Made by a program: the position numbers and the translations under genes
Notes under the pieces: generated by a model
Database searches by the model: none
The model's input: only the letters and a program-made list of their open reading frames with translations
What the model was told of the DNA's origin: nothing
Part shown: piece after piece, positions 38,501-50,335 of the stretch
How the letters are laid out: each line of letters begins with the position of its first letter
How positions within the stretch are numbered: position 1 is the first letter of the stretch
Assembly: GCA_013239625.1 (NCBI GenBank)
Contig: MU054187.1
Location: forward strand, 6,087,757-6,151,756
Reading direction: 5' to 3'
Length of the DNA stretch: 64,000 nucleotides
DNA from: Lama guanicoe
Taxonomy: Eukaryota

Positions 38501-41500
38501 GACACGCCTGTATTCAGCCAGCAAGCCTGATACACACGTCACAGTGTGCTCTTACACATGTAAAATTTCTCAGACACAGAAACAAACCATTCAACTCGTT
38601 TTGTTAATAAGTACAGAAAACCTAGATAGTCAGATGTCTCCCCATCGGGTAATAAAATAAACCCACAGCTTTTCTTCTTTCTGCTTTTTTGTTCTTTCTT
38701 TTACTTGCCTGCTGTGACTTAGGTTTGACCTGAGACACTGGGTAACTGGACAGACTGAGTTAAGTATTTTGGATACTGTGCCTGCAGATGAGAGTAGAAG
38801 TTTCTTTAATGTGTGGTCACAAAAAGGACTTTTGAGCCCTTTGGGTGTTGGAGAGGAATAAGGAAGAAAAAGTGCCCATGAATCGTGTGTCTGTCCACTG
38901 GCCTGCCCTGTCCAGTCCTGGTCATTAAATCCAAGCTCCAGGCCAGGGGTGTGACCAGGTGCCCCCTTCCCTGCTGGTCTCAAAGGTCATTCTCTTTGAC
39001 AAAGAGGCCCTGAGGTCTTTTTAATCCCAAATCCTTCTTTCCTTCGAGGTTACCACCTCACAGCCTTTCCTTGGCAATGACAGGCCACGTACATTATGGG
39101 CTTTCCTCTCTCTGCTTTGTCCTCAGTCTGTGTGGAACGAGCAAGGAGGGAGAGCTGTCCCCTGCTTCTAGTGTGGACGCTGGCATCTCTGACGGCCCGC
39201 GGCTCAGTGTGCACTCGCTCGGGGCAGAGAGTGCCCAGCAACACTGACCCAGGGAAGCAAGGTCTGCTGCCGCCTGCCATGCGCCGGATGCAGGGATGCA
39301 CCACACCAGGCCTGCTGGAAACTGGTGCCCGTGCAGTGAGCGACCGTGGACATCATCACGGTGGCCTCCTGTCCGTCTGCTTGATGTGGGGGGGGGCGAG
39401 GTGGTTCTTGCCCATCCGATGCAAGTGGAGCCGTGAGGGTGGCTGTTACAGGGTGGCTTTTCTGGAAACACATTCCTTTGAAGTCTTTCTTAAATGGAAT
39501 TTTAGGGTGGACTGTGTGCTGCCGTAGTAGACGTGGTTGTGATGTTAGAATTGGAAGATGACGAGCACAAGGAATCGGGGGCTGATTTCCAAAATTATCA
39601 TGAAAAATGGCCACAGATGTGAAAATGCTTTTGAGGAGTATGAAATTCTGGACATGTGCAAAACCTGTCCCGCGATACATGAAGCTCTTTCTGCCAGTTG
39701 TCTTCTGCCCAAAGCCCTGGAGCCACCGGGAGAGCGTAGGTCACGGCGGGGGCCAGCCTCCCTTCAGCGCCCTCCCCGCAGATGTCGGTGCCCGGGCTCT
39801 GAGACGTGCGTTAAATAGAGAGCTAGTGAGTGTGAACTAAGGAAAAAGGCAAGTATCTCTCTCTCTCTCTTTTTTAATGTTAGAAAGACAACAGCCCTGA
39901 AGTTCGATTAGAATACTGATTTTATACGTGGCCCGATTCCTATAGGAACAGTGTGACCTCCCGGGAGCTCTGCTTCTCCTGTCGGGGTGGGCGACGAGGT
40001 CCCCTTTCGCTCTGCCTAGTTCTCTATCTGCAAACATTGTCCAGAGAAAACGGGGGCGGGCCGCACGTCCCCTTGGTTGTCTTACCCGCCCCGGCCGATC
40101 AGAGAAGGTACTTACAGATCTAGGGGTGCGGGGGGTCTGCCTGCTAATGTTCCCCTCACTCGCCCCCTTCCTGGGTCGTGGGAATGCCCGGTATGAATGG
40201 TATGAATAGGAGTAGCATCTTAGAAGTTGACACGAGCAGCCGAATGCTGGGCCCTGCTGTCCGGCACTTGGAGGAGTGTGATCTGGCAAAAGGGCACCGA
40301 GAGGCATGCTTCCTGCCATGGTTTTCTGGTGTCTAGCGTGTCCAGTTCTTTCTGTTGTGTTCCGGCGCCCAGTGCGGACGCCGAGCTTCTGTGGTGGGAT
40401 GACGTACTAGCCAACGAGACTTCTGACAGATGTGAATTCCACCTGTAAAACTCAGTAACCTTTAGATTTTCAATGATAATTCTTGACTGCATGATGTCTT
40501 CCCCCCCCCCATCTAGAATACATTCAGCATTAAAAATGGGATTGAGCTCTTTCAGGAAAGCATTCTACTATACTTTCTCATTTTATTACCATTCTTCTTT
40601 AAAAAATGGTCAGCTCAGGACAGAGTTTGACTGTTACTGGAAGGGCTGCCTGGGGAGAATCCCGAGTAGAGAAGACATTCCCCAGGAAAGGTTTCCAAGG
40701 CCTGAAGGGTCCCCCAAAAGGCCAGGCCGGTGCCAGGCCCAAAAGAGGTGTCCACGAGGAGGTGAAGCACCTTGGGGCTGGTCCCAGGGCGCAGGTGCAG
40801 GCTGTGGAGCCACTCAGGTCCCGGCTCAGTTCTGGGACTGCCGCTTCTTAGGCTGAGCGTGGAACCTCTTTGACCCCCCCCCCCATTTCCTCATCTTCAG
40901 ACAATCTGGCTGTAAGATGTAAAGGTGAGGCACGTTGAGTTTGAAGTACACATTGTGACTGGAAGGGAGTTAAGTTTCTGTATCTTGTCTGACGTTCTTT
41001 GCCGTTTCTCTGTTTGGCATAGTTAACGTACTCCGGGAAAACCTGGTGCTTCTAAGGGCAGCAATCTGGATTGAATTATTTGTCTTAGAGTCAGAGGGCT
41101 TCAGAAGTCTTAGTGGTAACTTGTCATTGGCCTTTGTTGGGCAGAAGTAAAATAGACCCCCCCCTTCCCCTTTCACTTCTCAGCTCTTCCTTCTCCTTCT
41201 CAAGCAGAAGCGGAGGGTGAAGGATTTGTGGGTGGCGTTCAGGAGTTGGTGGGAGACAAGGCACCTGCTTAGAGTTAAGGTTTGGGTGCCAGGCCGGGCA
41301 GCTCAGCGCCCGAGGGCTGACGGCCGGGGGCAGGCGGGCAGGATGGGGGTCTGGCTTCTGTCCCCCACCCCTGCCCAGACGCTCTCGGCCTCGGGCGGCC
41401 TTGCCGGGATCTCAAACGTCTGGATGAGCGTGGGCCACTGCTGGGCCCCGGCCTGAGGGGCACCGGCCTTGACGTTCGGGTTTCTTGTCTTTCCCTCAGA

Positions 41501-43109
41501 GTCTGCTTTGCCTCTCATCTCAGTTTATTCTGTCGTCTGCATTTTATTACGTTACAGGTTAGCTGTGAAATGAAATTTTAGTCTTAGGACTTTTTACCTA
41601 AACATTTTGTGGTGTTGGGTTTAGTTTTGCCTCAGGGTGTGTCACATTTTACGTTGCCCTCATTGATCCTTTTAAACTTTGAGTACTTTATCTTGTCTCT
41701 TCTTTAGTTTGCCTCTTTATCTTTTAATTTTCTAACTTTCATTGTTTGAAAACTTGGAGGAGGATCCTGTACTCTTAAGTCGGGCGGCCAGACGCCTGTC
41801 TACCAGCACTGAGCCCCTGACCCCAGTGGCTCACATGTCTCATTACGGCAGCCTAGAGCTTTCCGAATCGTGCCAGGCCACACACATGCTATGCCTTGAA
41901 CATCACTCACTTCTCATCCATGACCTTCAGTTCTTATTTAAAAGTCTTTTGAATATGTGAAAATCGGGGTATATTTCAATACTTTGTGCTCCTCTGAGAG
42001 ACTGTCGTGTGACACTTTGGCTTGAGTCCCTGCAAATGAATCTGTTTCATCCTCACGACCCCAGCCTCATAGTTGAGTGCCCTCACGTGTCCCATCGGAG
42101 GGGTCTGTGTGACAGAGATGCCCTCTCGCTGTCCAGACATCTTCACTGCCTGGCTCTGTTCTTCTCATCACACTTGGGTCCCTTTCAAACTCTTTTTCCT
42201 TTGGGGACTTAGATCTTTAGGCCGACGCTCATGAATGTTAACCGTATTATACGTTGTAATAAGTCAGGGCAGCTAGCTGGCTTTCCAGGAAGTTTTGGCC
42301 CTTTAACAAGTCTGTTTGAAAAACCTACATCCTTTCTCACCAAAAAGAACTGGTTACCTACGTGCTTTGTCTTAGCTCAGATGCCTGTGTCCAGGCCCAC
42401 TTCAGGTGCTGTCACCCCGCCCGCTGTTGTGGACTCTTTCAGTCGTTTGTTGAATACGGTCCTTCCACAGGTTGCTTTTTTCTGAGTGTCCCTTCATGCG
42501 ACAGCTAGTCCCCTCTGCGGGCAGCTCGTTCCTCGGAGTTCTCCTCGGGACGGTGGAGGCTTTGGTCACGCTGGGGGCAACCACAGAGCTTTAGAGCTCG
42601 GTCTGCAGAGGTGACCTCAGTGTCACTAGCCATGGACCCTGCGCATGTCCACGCCCACCAGCGTGACCTCCGTCTCATGGTGGGACGTGACATGCGGGTA
42701 ACGCTGGTGGAGGGACCGCAGCCCTTCCAACGCCAGCAGATCCCCAGGGAAATGTACCCTTCCAAGGTGACAGGGGCTTGTCCAGCTTCCAGAGCTGGTG
42801 GCTCTGCGTCTTGGTCACACCCGTCATGACAAGCGATAAGGATCAGGAAGTAAAAGGACTTTGTGAGTAGGGAGGGGAGGTGTACAGGTGGACTCGTCCT
42901 GAGAAATTGCGAGGTTTCACTCTTTCGGTAGCGCGGTGGCCCCGCTTTCCTGAGCTTCCTTGACGTCTCATCCCAGATACAGAGTCTCTGTGGGGTTTTC
43001 TTGAACGAGTTAGCGAGGAGAGCGCTCAGAGTGGCAGGTGCGCATAGTCAGGGCCGTGGACGTGTCTGTGGTCGTTATTCCTGTGACTTGTACTGTTTGG
43101 TTGAGTTGA

Positions 43110-43760
43110 TCAGCTACCGTTTACAAGTAACCCACCCGACCAGGCACTAGGAATACAGAGATAAATGCGACACAGTGCCTTTTTTTCTTGGACTTACAGG
43201 ATGGTTGGAGAAACACACACACACACACACAGTGCTTTGGTTTTATTGAGTCGCAGTAATGTCACCACCCAGTTTTGTGCATTTTAAGTATCCCTGGTGT
43301 GGGTCCATCATGTGTGTGTAGGTGGAGTCCTGATCCACACTTTGGTGGCCAGAAAATGGTTCTCTGAACGAATGGTGTCCCAGGGAGCCTTGCAGGTGAG
43401 CAGACTAGTGGGAAATGGAGGCGGAAGGGATGTACGTCCGCACTAGGGGCTGGCTGTATAGAGGGTGGAGGGTTTGGAGTGTGGAAACAGCAGAAATAAA
43501 GTTCATGTTACCAGCCGTGAAAATTGCAGAGGGTGTGGGTGCCAGCCCTTGGAATTTCAGATGTTAACACACGTGGGACTGGACTTTGAGCAGAGTGATT
43601 CGGTCAGATTTGTGTTGGAGCCAGTCGCCCTGCTGATGCACAGAGGACGGATTTGCCGGTGATGTTGGGGGCGGGGGGAGGACCAGGTCCCTGAGCTCGG
43701 GAATGCATCAGGCAGAGCTGGTTCAGGAGAGGAGCAAGAGCAGATCCGATTGCCCCGGGG
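43110..43760 (-). mobile_element. L2 remnant, highly decayed
   Basis: caggcactaggaatacagagataaat...tttgagcagagtgattcggtcagatttgtgtt. Confidence 0.55.
43213..43231. repeat. (CA)n microsatellite
   Basis: About 9 consecutive AC units. Confidence 0.9.
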
Positions 43761-44518
43761 CTGGAAGGAGAAGGTGCTCCCCTCCAGGCCTCTCCAGAGG
43801 GTAGCCACGGGGGCAGCGTTGGCGGAGCCGACCGCTGCAGCTGTCAGAGGAGCCCTGAGGTTTTGTGTCTGCGCCAAGCAGCTCAGTGGCCTCGTCCCCA
43901 GTACAGTACTTCTCAGTAACCTTGCCTTCTCCCCACACTGGGAGAGCTGCCTTCTTTGTTCACTCAAGCTCTCCAGATCATAATTTGGAAGACGAAGGTC
44001 TGTGTGGCTGTTTCGGCTTTGACTTTATGAAGGACTAGCTTTGAACCTCCCAGACGGAGTCACGGCCGTGGCTGTGGAATCCGCGTCCTTTCTCCAGCAG
44101 TGTGGTGGTGGGTGACCCTGCCCGGAGATTGTCGTGGGGATGAGGCAGTGGTGATCGTCAAGGTGGGAAGTGACACGTGTTTGAACTGATGCCCTGGCTG
44201 CGGGCTTGGAGGAGAGTGGCCCTCGGGGCTGGCTGTTCTCTTAGCTGAACTGAGGGATGTTGATAAAAGACTTTCCTTCTGCTTGCATCGCTGAGATGAA
44301 GTGATCACGAGGCCATGGGGGCCTGTCCACAAGCTCCTGCTGTTGATTGAGCCCCAGTGGGTCTGGGCCACAGGCAGACATAGTTCTCAGCCTTTCCAGA
44401 AGACGCTCCCAGCTGCCTGCCTCCCAGTGTGTGCGAACGACGGCGAGGCACCGCCGAGGTTTCATCCACGATGTCACTTAAACCTCAGAACCAACTGTGG
44501 AGCAAATTCTCATTACTG

Positions 44519-44672
44519 ACCTCATTTTATCCACGAGGAAACTGAGGCTTAGGGAGATTAAATGACTTATCCAGGGTCACAGGCAGACAGATCGTAAATG
44601 ACAGAGTTGGAACTTGACCTGAAGGCCGTCTGACTCAAATCAGTGCCCTTAACCACCATTCTGTATTACTCT
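44519..44672 (-). mobile_element. MIR SINE
   Basis: cattttatccacgaggaaactgaggcttagggagattaaatgacttatccagggtcaca...gtctgactcaaa...cttaaccac. Confidence 0.85.
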
Positions 44673-46350
44673 CATCTGCTAAAAAAAAATCCTGACTTTG
44701 GCTTTTTATGAGGGGGGAAGGCAAAGCAGTTTTAATATAACATCTTGATGAAAATCCAAATGAGCTTATTGCAAAATTGTGGCAAAGGCAATTTAATGCA
44801 AATAACTTTCTCTTGTCCTTGATCGTTAATGTCTCGAGGTGAACGTTGAAAATCTTGTAGCTTTTTTAACTTCTTAGTTTTTGATTTGTATGTTGATGTC
44901 ATGAGACAGTGTGAACAAGGATATGCTTAGCTGTCCCTGAGCAGTATCCAGAGGGAAGATCTAATGAGTTTCAAAATCTTCCAGTAATCAGAGCTGCGGT
45001 GAGTGCTTCCCTCGGCTGCAGATTTATTTGAGCGTTGGGAGAGGTCCTGTCCGACTTTTAGCCATCTTGGAGGTTCCGCAGAGTTCTTTCTGGGGAAGGG
45101 CAGATGGAAAATCATTAGCACTTCTCTCCTTCAGCAAATTGATGTTTCATCCAGCCTGGGGTCTGGTGGGCTCGGAGACAGTAAGCCTTTTCCTCGTGTA
45201 GGGTGGTTCCCCCAGGGTGCAGTAACCCCACGAAATTAAATCGTGTCCTCCGCTCCAGGGCCGCGAGGGCACTGGGGAGGGCGCTGGCTTCCAACTTACT
45301 TTACCTGGCAGCGATTCAACTCCGTGACAGGCCTACCTCTGATTTAAACAAATTTGAGAAATATGTAAAGTTTTGGAAGCAGTTTTGCACTGATTTGATA
45401 AAAGAAACCACAAAACACTGCAGCGCAGGTGTTGAGAATGTTTGAAAGCTGATTGAGGGAAGCAGATGGCTTTAGTCAGTGGCATCCAGCCAAAAGAGCA
45501 GGTGCTGGTCACGTGACCGCTGGTTACCAGGGTAATCTGATTGCTCTTGGCGTGCAGATGAAAGGAAAGGGGCCCAGCGTTCAGCTGTAGTATTGTATAA
45601 TTTGTGGCAGTTAGAGCGGAAATAAATGCTGGAAATGGAGCCTCATGGTAGGGGAGACTTCTGTCCCTCTGTAGCGTAAACACTAGGACAGTTGGATGAG
45701 GAACTGTTGTATGGACTTTTTTTTTTTAATTTAAAAAATATTATGCTTTCTGTGGATCTTCTGGGGGCTTCAAGTTTTTAGGACACTGCTTTTTTTTTTT
45801 TTTTAATAAAAAGAACTCTAAACCTAACTGCCATTTGCTGTAAGCTTGAACTGTCGTAAGTTTTTTCCTTATGTGGCTATTTACTATGCTGAAATACTAA
45901 CAAAACAAAATTAAAATAAGCTCTGCGTATTTAGAAATGACTAGTTTAAGATTATCAAATATTTAATTTATTTATTACAAAAATGCCTTTGAGATGTGTG
46001 ATTCTATTAACAAATACTTTTGAAATATTTTACATGACACATGCTTAAATAAAAGCATAGAGATACCTTGGCCTCTTTTCCTTTTGTAAAAAATAGTTGG
46101 GACTGGGAAAAAATGCTGTTGTAATGCATTCCAGCAGCATAGTTTTCCAGGAATTTACACACTTCAGTAAACTTTTTAAAGGCTTTTGAAATGTATTTTT
46201 TGTTTTCAAAATTTATTAGGGTTTTAGGCTCTCTTGAAATAGTAAAAAGATACATATTACTGAGGTTGGGTTGTTTTAAATATTGGATAATAAATGATAA
46301 TCAATACCAGAAAACCTTGGAGTTGGTTTGGAAGTTGATGTGGAAGGTAG

Positions 46351-46442
46351 CACTGAATGTACTTTCTAAAATAATGGCAAATAAACATTCTAAAAGCACT
46401 GAATGTACTTTCTAAAAGAATGGCAAGTAAACATTCTAAAAG
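46351..46442. repeat. 46-bp tandem duplication (2 copies)
   Basis: cactgaatgtactttctaaaa[t/g]aatggcaa[a/g]taaacattctaaaag occurs twice, with 2 mismatches. Confidence 0.95.
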
Positions 46443-47240
46443 TTAACATTCAATTAAAGCAATTTTTTTCTTAAAGTTCCTTCATGTCTTTGGCTTACAT
46501 AACATTCAAATCCTATTAACATTTGATGGAAACATACCATGGAGCACATACTTTAATTTTTGGTGTTACTTTGCTATATTTTTGCATTTTGGAGACCTAG
46601 CTTTTGAGAAAAGTTACTGTGGCTACTTCCAAAAAAAAAAGCCTACCACCACAATAAAACTTGCTTTTAATTAAGAGCACAGCACTAAGTAAAATTATGT
46701 AGGACAGGAAATTGCTATATGTTTTGTCATATTTTAAAAGGTTGTACATTGTACAAAAATGTAGACACATGATACAGAAGAGGACACCCAGGAGTGCTGG
46801 TCAGGAAATAGTATTTGAAACTCTCTGCAAGAGACGCACAGAAATGATCATTAAGTTCTAGTTTCCTTTGACAGTATTTAAAAACATATTCTGCACCTTA
46901 AAAACTTGATAGCAAAACTACTTATCAGTCTGATTTTTCATTATGTCTTGGTGTCTTGGCAGGGATTTTGTATTTTCTAGATGAACAAATGTACTCTGTG
47001 TGATGTGAGGAGTTTTTGCATGCAATTTCTTTTTAATTAGGTCAGATATTTGCTAAAGGTCGTCCATATGGGGTTTTGCCATAAAAACTTAATTGAGAGT
47101 CCTATTTAACTCTGAATGGCCAACATGCATTGATTTGTTATTGAAACTTGAGGGGTATTAATGGGGAAAACATGAGGCACGGGGCATGCGGAAAACCTCA
47201 TTTAAAAAGTGAACACTAAGTGATCCACTTTGAATTCTAG

Positions 47241-47382
47241 TAATAAGAAACCCGATTCAGAAGCGAGTGCTTTGAAGAAAAAGATCAACAAGGGAAAAAC
47301 GGAAGGTTCTGAAAATTCAGACTTAGACAAAACGCCCCCACCATCTCCTCCTCCTGAAGAAGACGAGGACCCAGGTGTTCAG
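47241..47382 (+). CDS. CHD7: CHD7 exon 4 (142 nt, phase 2 to 0)
   Basis: Acceptor ttctag|T; donor CAG|gtaata. Encodes (S)[47 protein letters not shown], in frame with exon 3. Not present in the ORF track. Confidence 0.96.
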
Positions 47383-50149
47383 GTAATACCATTCTTATGA
47401 TGCCGAGCCTTGGTTCCTTAGCGCGGGTAACCTTAGCCGCATGGCGGGGACACTGGCCCCCCCCGTCTTTGTTGCAGAGCTGCTGTGGAGATGGCTTTAT
47501 TCTTGTCTGGAACAGTATATCCATAGTGATGAGAACTGGGGCTTGTGGGGGGGCAACCCGAAATTAAACTCCTGACTTCTTCGTTTTGCCCTCTGTGATG
47601 AATAAAACTGAGACTCTTCATTTATTTCTGTAAATGTTATCTTTTCATGTTTATGTATATGTTGGAGTTAACGTATTGTTAGTCTGTTGGCTCATTTAAA
47701 GCTTCACTCACATCTCTGATTTTCTCAAAAGTTTGGTTCCTTGTACATTCTTTTATTTTGCAGAGCCAAAAATCAAGATGTAATCTGTACCTCGTCGTGA
47801 GGTTTCTAATATCTGAGGGTCAGAGTTGAGATATATTTGTGTAATACTCAAGTTTCTATGAACCAGTTAGTGACTTTCTGGATGGCAACACAACACAATT
47901 TTCTAGCATTAGTCTTCTGACATTTGGAGAATTTTGTAGGAATCAGTTGAAAAACTAGCCCTGAAATAAACATTAAGAATTTAGGTTCTTGTGTGTAAAG
48001 CACACGGTCATCACTAATTGGACTGTAAGGAAGGGACCCTTACATGTGATCGTCAAACATTATTTCCTTGTTATGATCCCTGGAAGCATGCCCACGGGGT
48101 CCTCCGGGATGGCTGGGGATGTGGCTTCTGTGAGTGACATCTGAGTTATCGAGGAGCACTCAGTGAGCACCCTGCTAGAATAGGAGGCTTGTTCGACCCC
48201 CTAGAAGCTTGTTTGACCTTGTCTGATAGTTTGGTGCACACTCAGTACTTTCTCCCTGCACCTCCCGATTTGCTTAAAAGTTAGAAACAAAATATTTGCA
48301 ACGTACAGCTCTATGCTGAAGAATTTCAGATAGCATTTGTGTGTTTGTAGCGGGTGTGTGTTTTTAAATTGAACTCCCTGATACCTGTAATTCGCAGAAT
48401 GGCCTAACCTAAGGGGACCTGAAAGGAAGAGAAGAGTGTGTGAATGAGTGTGTTTTGATTTGGTTTGATTCTGTAACTAACAGTGATACTTCTGGCAGTT
48501 TGAGTAAAGTTTGTAATTTCCTTTTACTTTACTTGTCAGTGAAAAGATACTAGGAAGGTAAGTAGGTATCTTTTTTGAATTGCTTGGGGAATTTTAACCT
48601 GAAATTTTTTTTTTAATGATTTTGAATTTCATTCTCATGATAACACATGTTTTTTCTGAATCACCTTCCCTTAAACTAGGACATTGGTGTAATAGTATTT
48701 GGACCATATTAAGACTTTTACATAAGTCAAGAAAATTCTGTTGTTCTTTCACAAATACCACTGGTGTTTTTAAAAGTCTGTTTGCATGGATGCAGACTCA
48801 AATGGCCTTTGAGAAATACTTGATTTTTTTTCCCCCTTCTTCATTGCAGTTATAGAAAAATGCTAATCAATGCAAATGAGCATCAGTACATCCTTTCTCA
48901 TTGGCTGGTGCTGAACTGTCATGGGTCGAGCAGCTGATACCAGTAACCACACAAGTTGCTCTTTCTCTCCTGTATCTCAGCAACACAGGAAGTGATGCTG
49001 ACGGCTTGCTTGTTGTGCTTCTTCCTGTAGCACACGCAGAAAGGGCTTAGATTAAAGCTCTTGAGTTTTACAGTTGATTTGTTTAAACTTTGGTAAATGA
49101 CATGTCTTTTTTTTTTTCCTTTTAACAAACTGAAATTTGTGTCAGAAAACACTACAACAGTGAGATTGTGGCAACACATTTCAGTCTCCTCTTCAGCACA
49201 CCTGTTTTAACTATAAGAAACTTTTCTGAAACAATCCAAGTTGAACAAGTAGAACTTTTATTTTAATATTAGTTCAGAAGTTTTGACCTGTGATTTAGAT
49301 GCAGTGTTTATATTTTATTTTGATTCCCCTAAATCTTTCAAATAATAGTTTAACAGACCATTTTATATTGGGAAGTTTGAAAAGGAACCTTGATATCCAA
49401 AATAAATGAACTTAAGATGAGTTATTACTTAGAATGTAGAGAAGCTGTAAAACATTTAAAACTTTTAGAAAATTGAGATCTACTTATATTTTGGGTCCTT
49501 TTACTCCTATGAAATGACCTTGTATCTACTGTTAACTAACCCTGTCACTGTTGCATGGATTTATAACACAAAGTTGATATGAAGAGAAACTTCCATTATA
49601 AAAATTATACCCACCAATACATAAATTTCTATCTTAGAAAAAGAAAAGCCTTTCTTTTTTTTTTTTTATTGTCCTGAAACATTTCTTTCGCATCAGAGTG
49701 GGATTTGTCTCAGACTCTGCCCAAGGATGCTACAGTGTAAGCCGGAAGAATAGTGGGGCAGTGTGGCCCCAACCATGCAGACCTGGTAAGACATCGCAGG
49801 TGTCAGTAGTAGCATGTTCCCCTTACAGTAATGACATGAAGATGCAAGTATAGATTAATCTATTTCAAATTAGTTTGATACGTGAAATGAACTACAGAAA
49901 TTAAGCTGAATTTCACCAAATTAAAATATTGTTCCTGATAGCTTTTATATCTTAAAGAAGTTGACAGTGAGACGTGGGGGATGGTGGAGTGAGCAGAAGA
50001 GGAGTTACTCCAGACCAGCTTTGGGAAGAGAGGAAGGAAGCTGTACAACCTGCCGGCTTCGGAGCCTCATCGATTTCTTTTTTTCCTTTTTCTTTTGGAA
50101 AGGTGGAGTTCGTTATTGAGGACTTTAATCTTACTAATTGCATTTGGCG

Positions 50150-50335
50150 CTAACAGGTTCCATGCGCTGTTTTAAATGCTTTAAATGAATTCCCTTATGT
50201 GATCTCCACAGTACACTCCTAAGGCAGCTCCTGTCATTAGCCCTTTCTACAGACCAGGAAACTGAGGTCCCTAGAATAACTCGTCCAAGGTCACATCGTC
50301 AGAGCCTGGGCTCATTCAAACATGGGCACTCAGCT
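50150..50335 (-). mobile_element. MIR SINE
   Basis: acagaccaggaaactgagg...aactcgtccaaggtcaca. Confidence 0.7.

Noticed and set aside
39050..40856. Cluster of overlapping 80-160 aa ORFs
   Set aside because: They occur on both strands with Arg/Pro/Gly/Ser bias, as expected from stop-codon depletion in GC-rich DNA; no homology was recognised.
46351..46442. Possible CRISPR-like repeat
   Set aside because: There are two directly adjacent copies with no spacer, no cas genes, and the context is mammalian.
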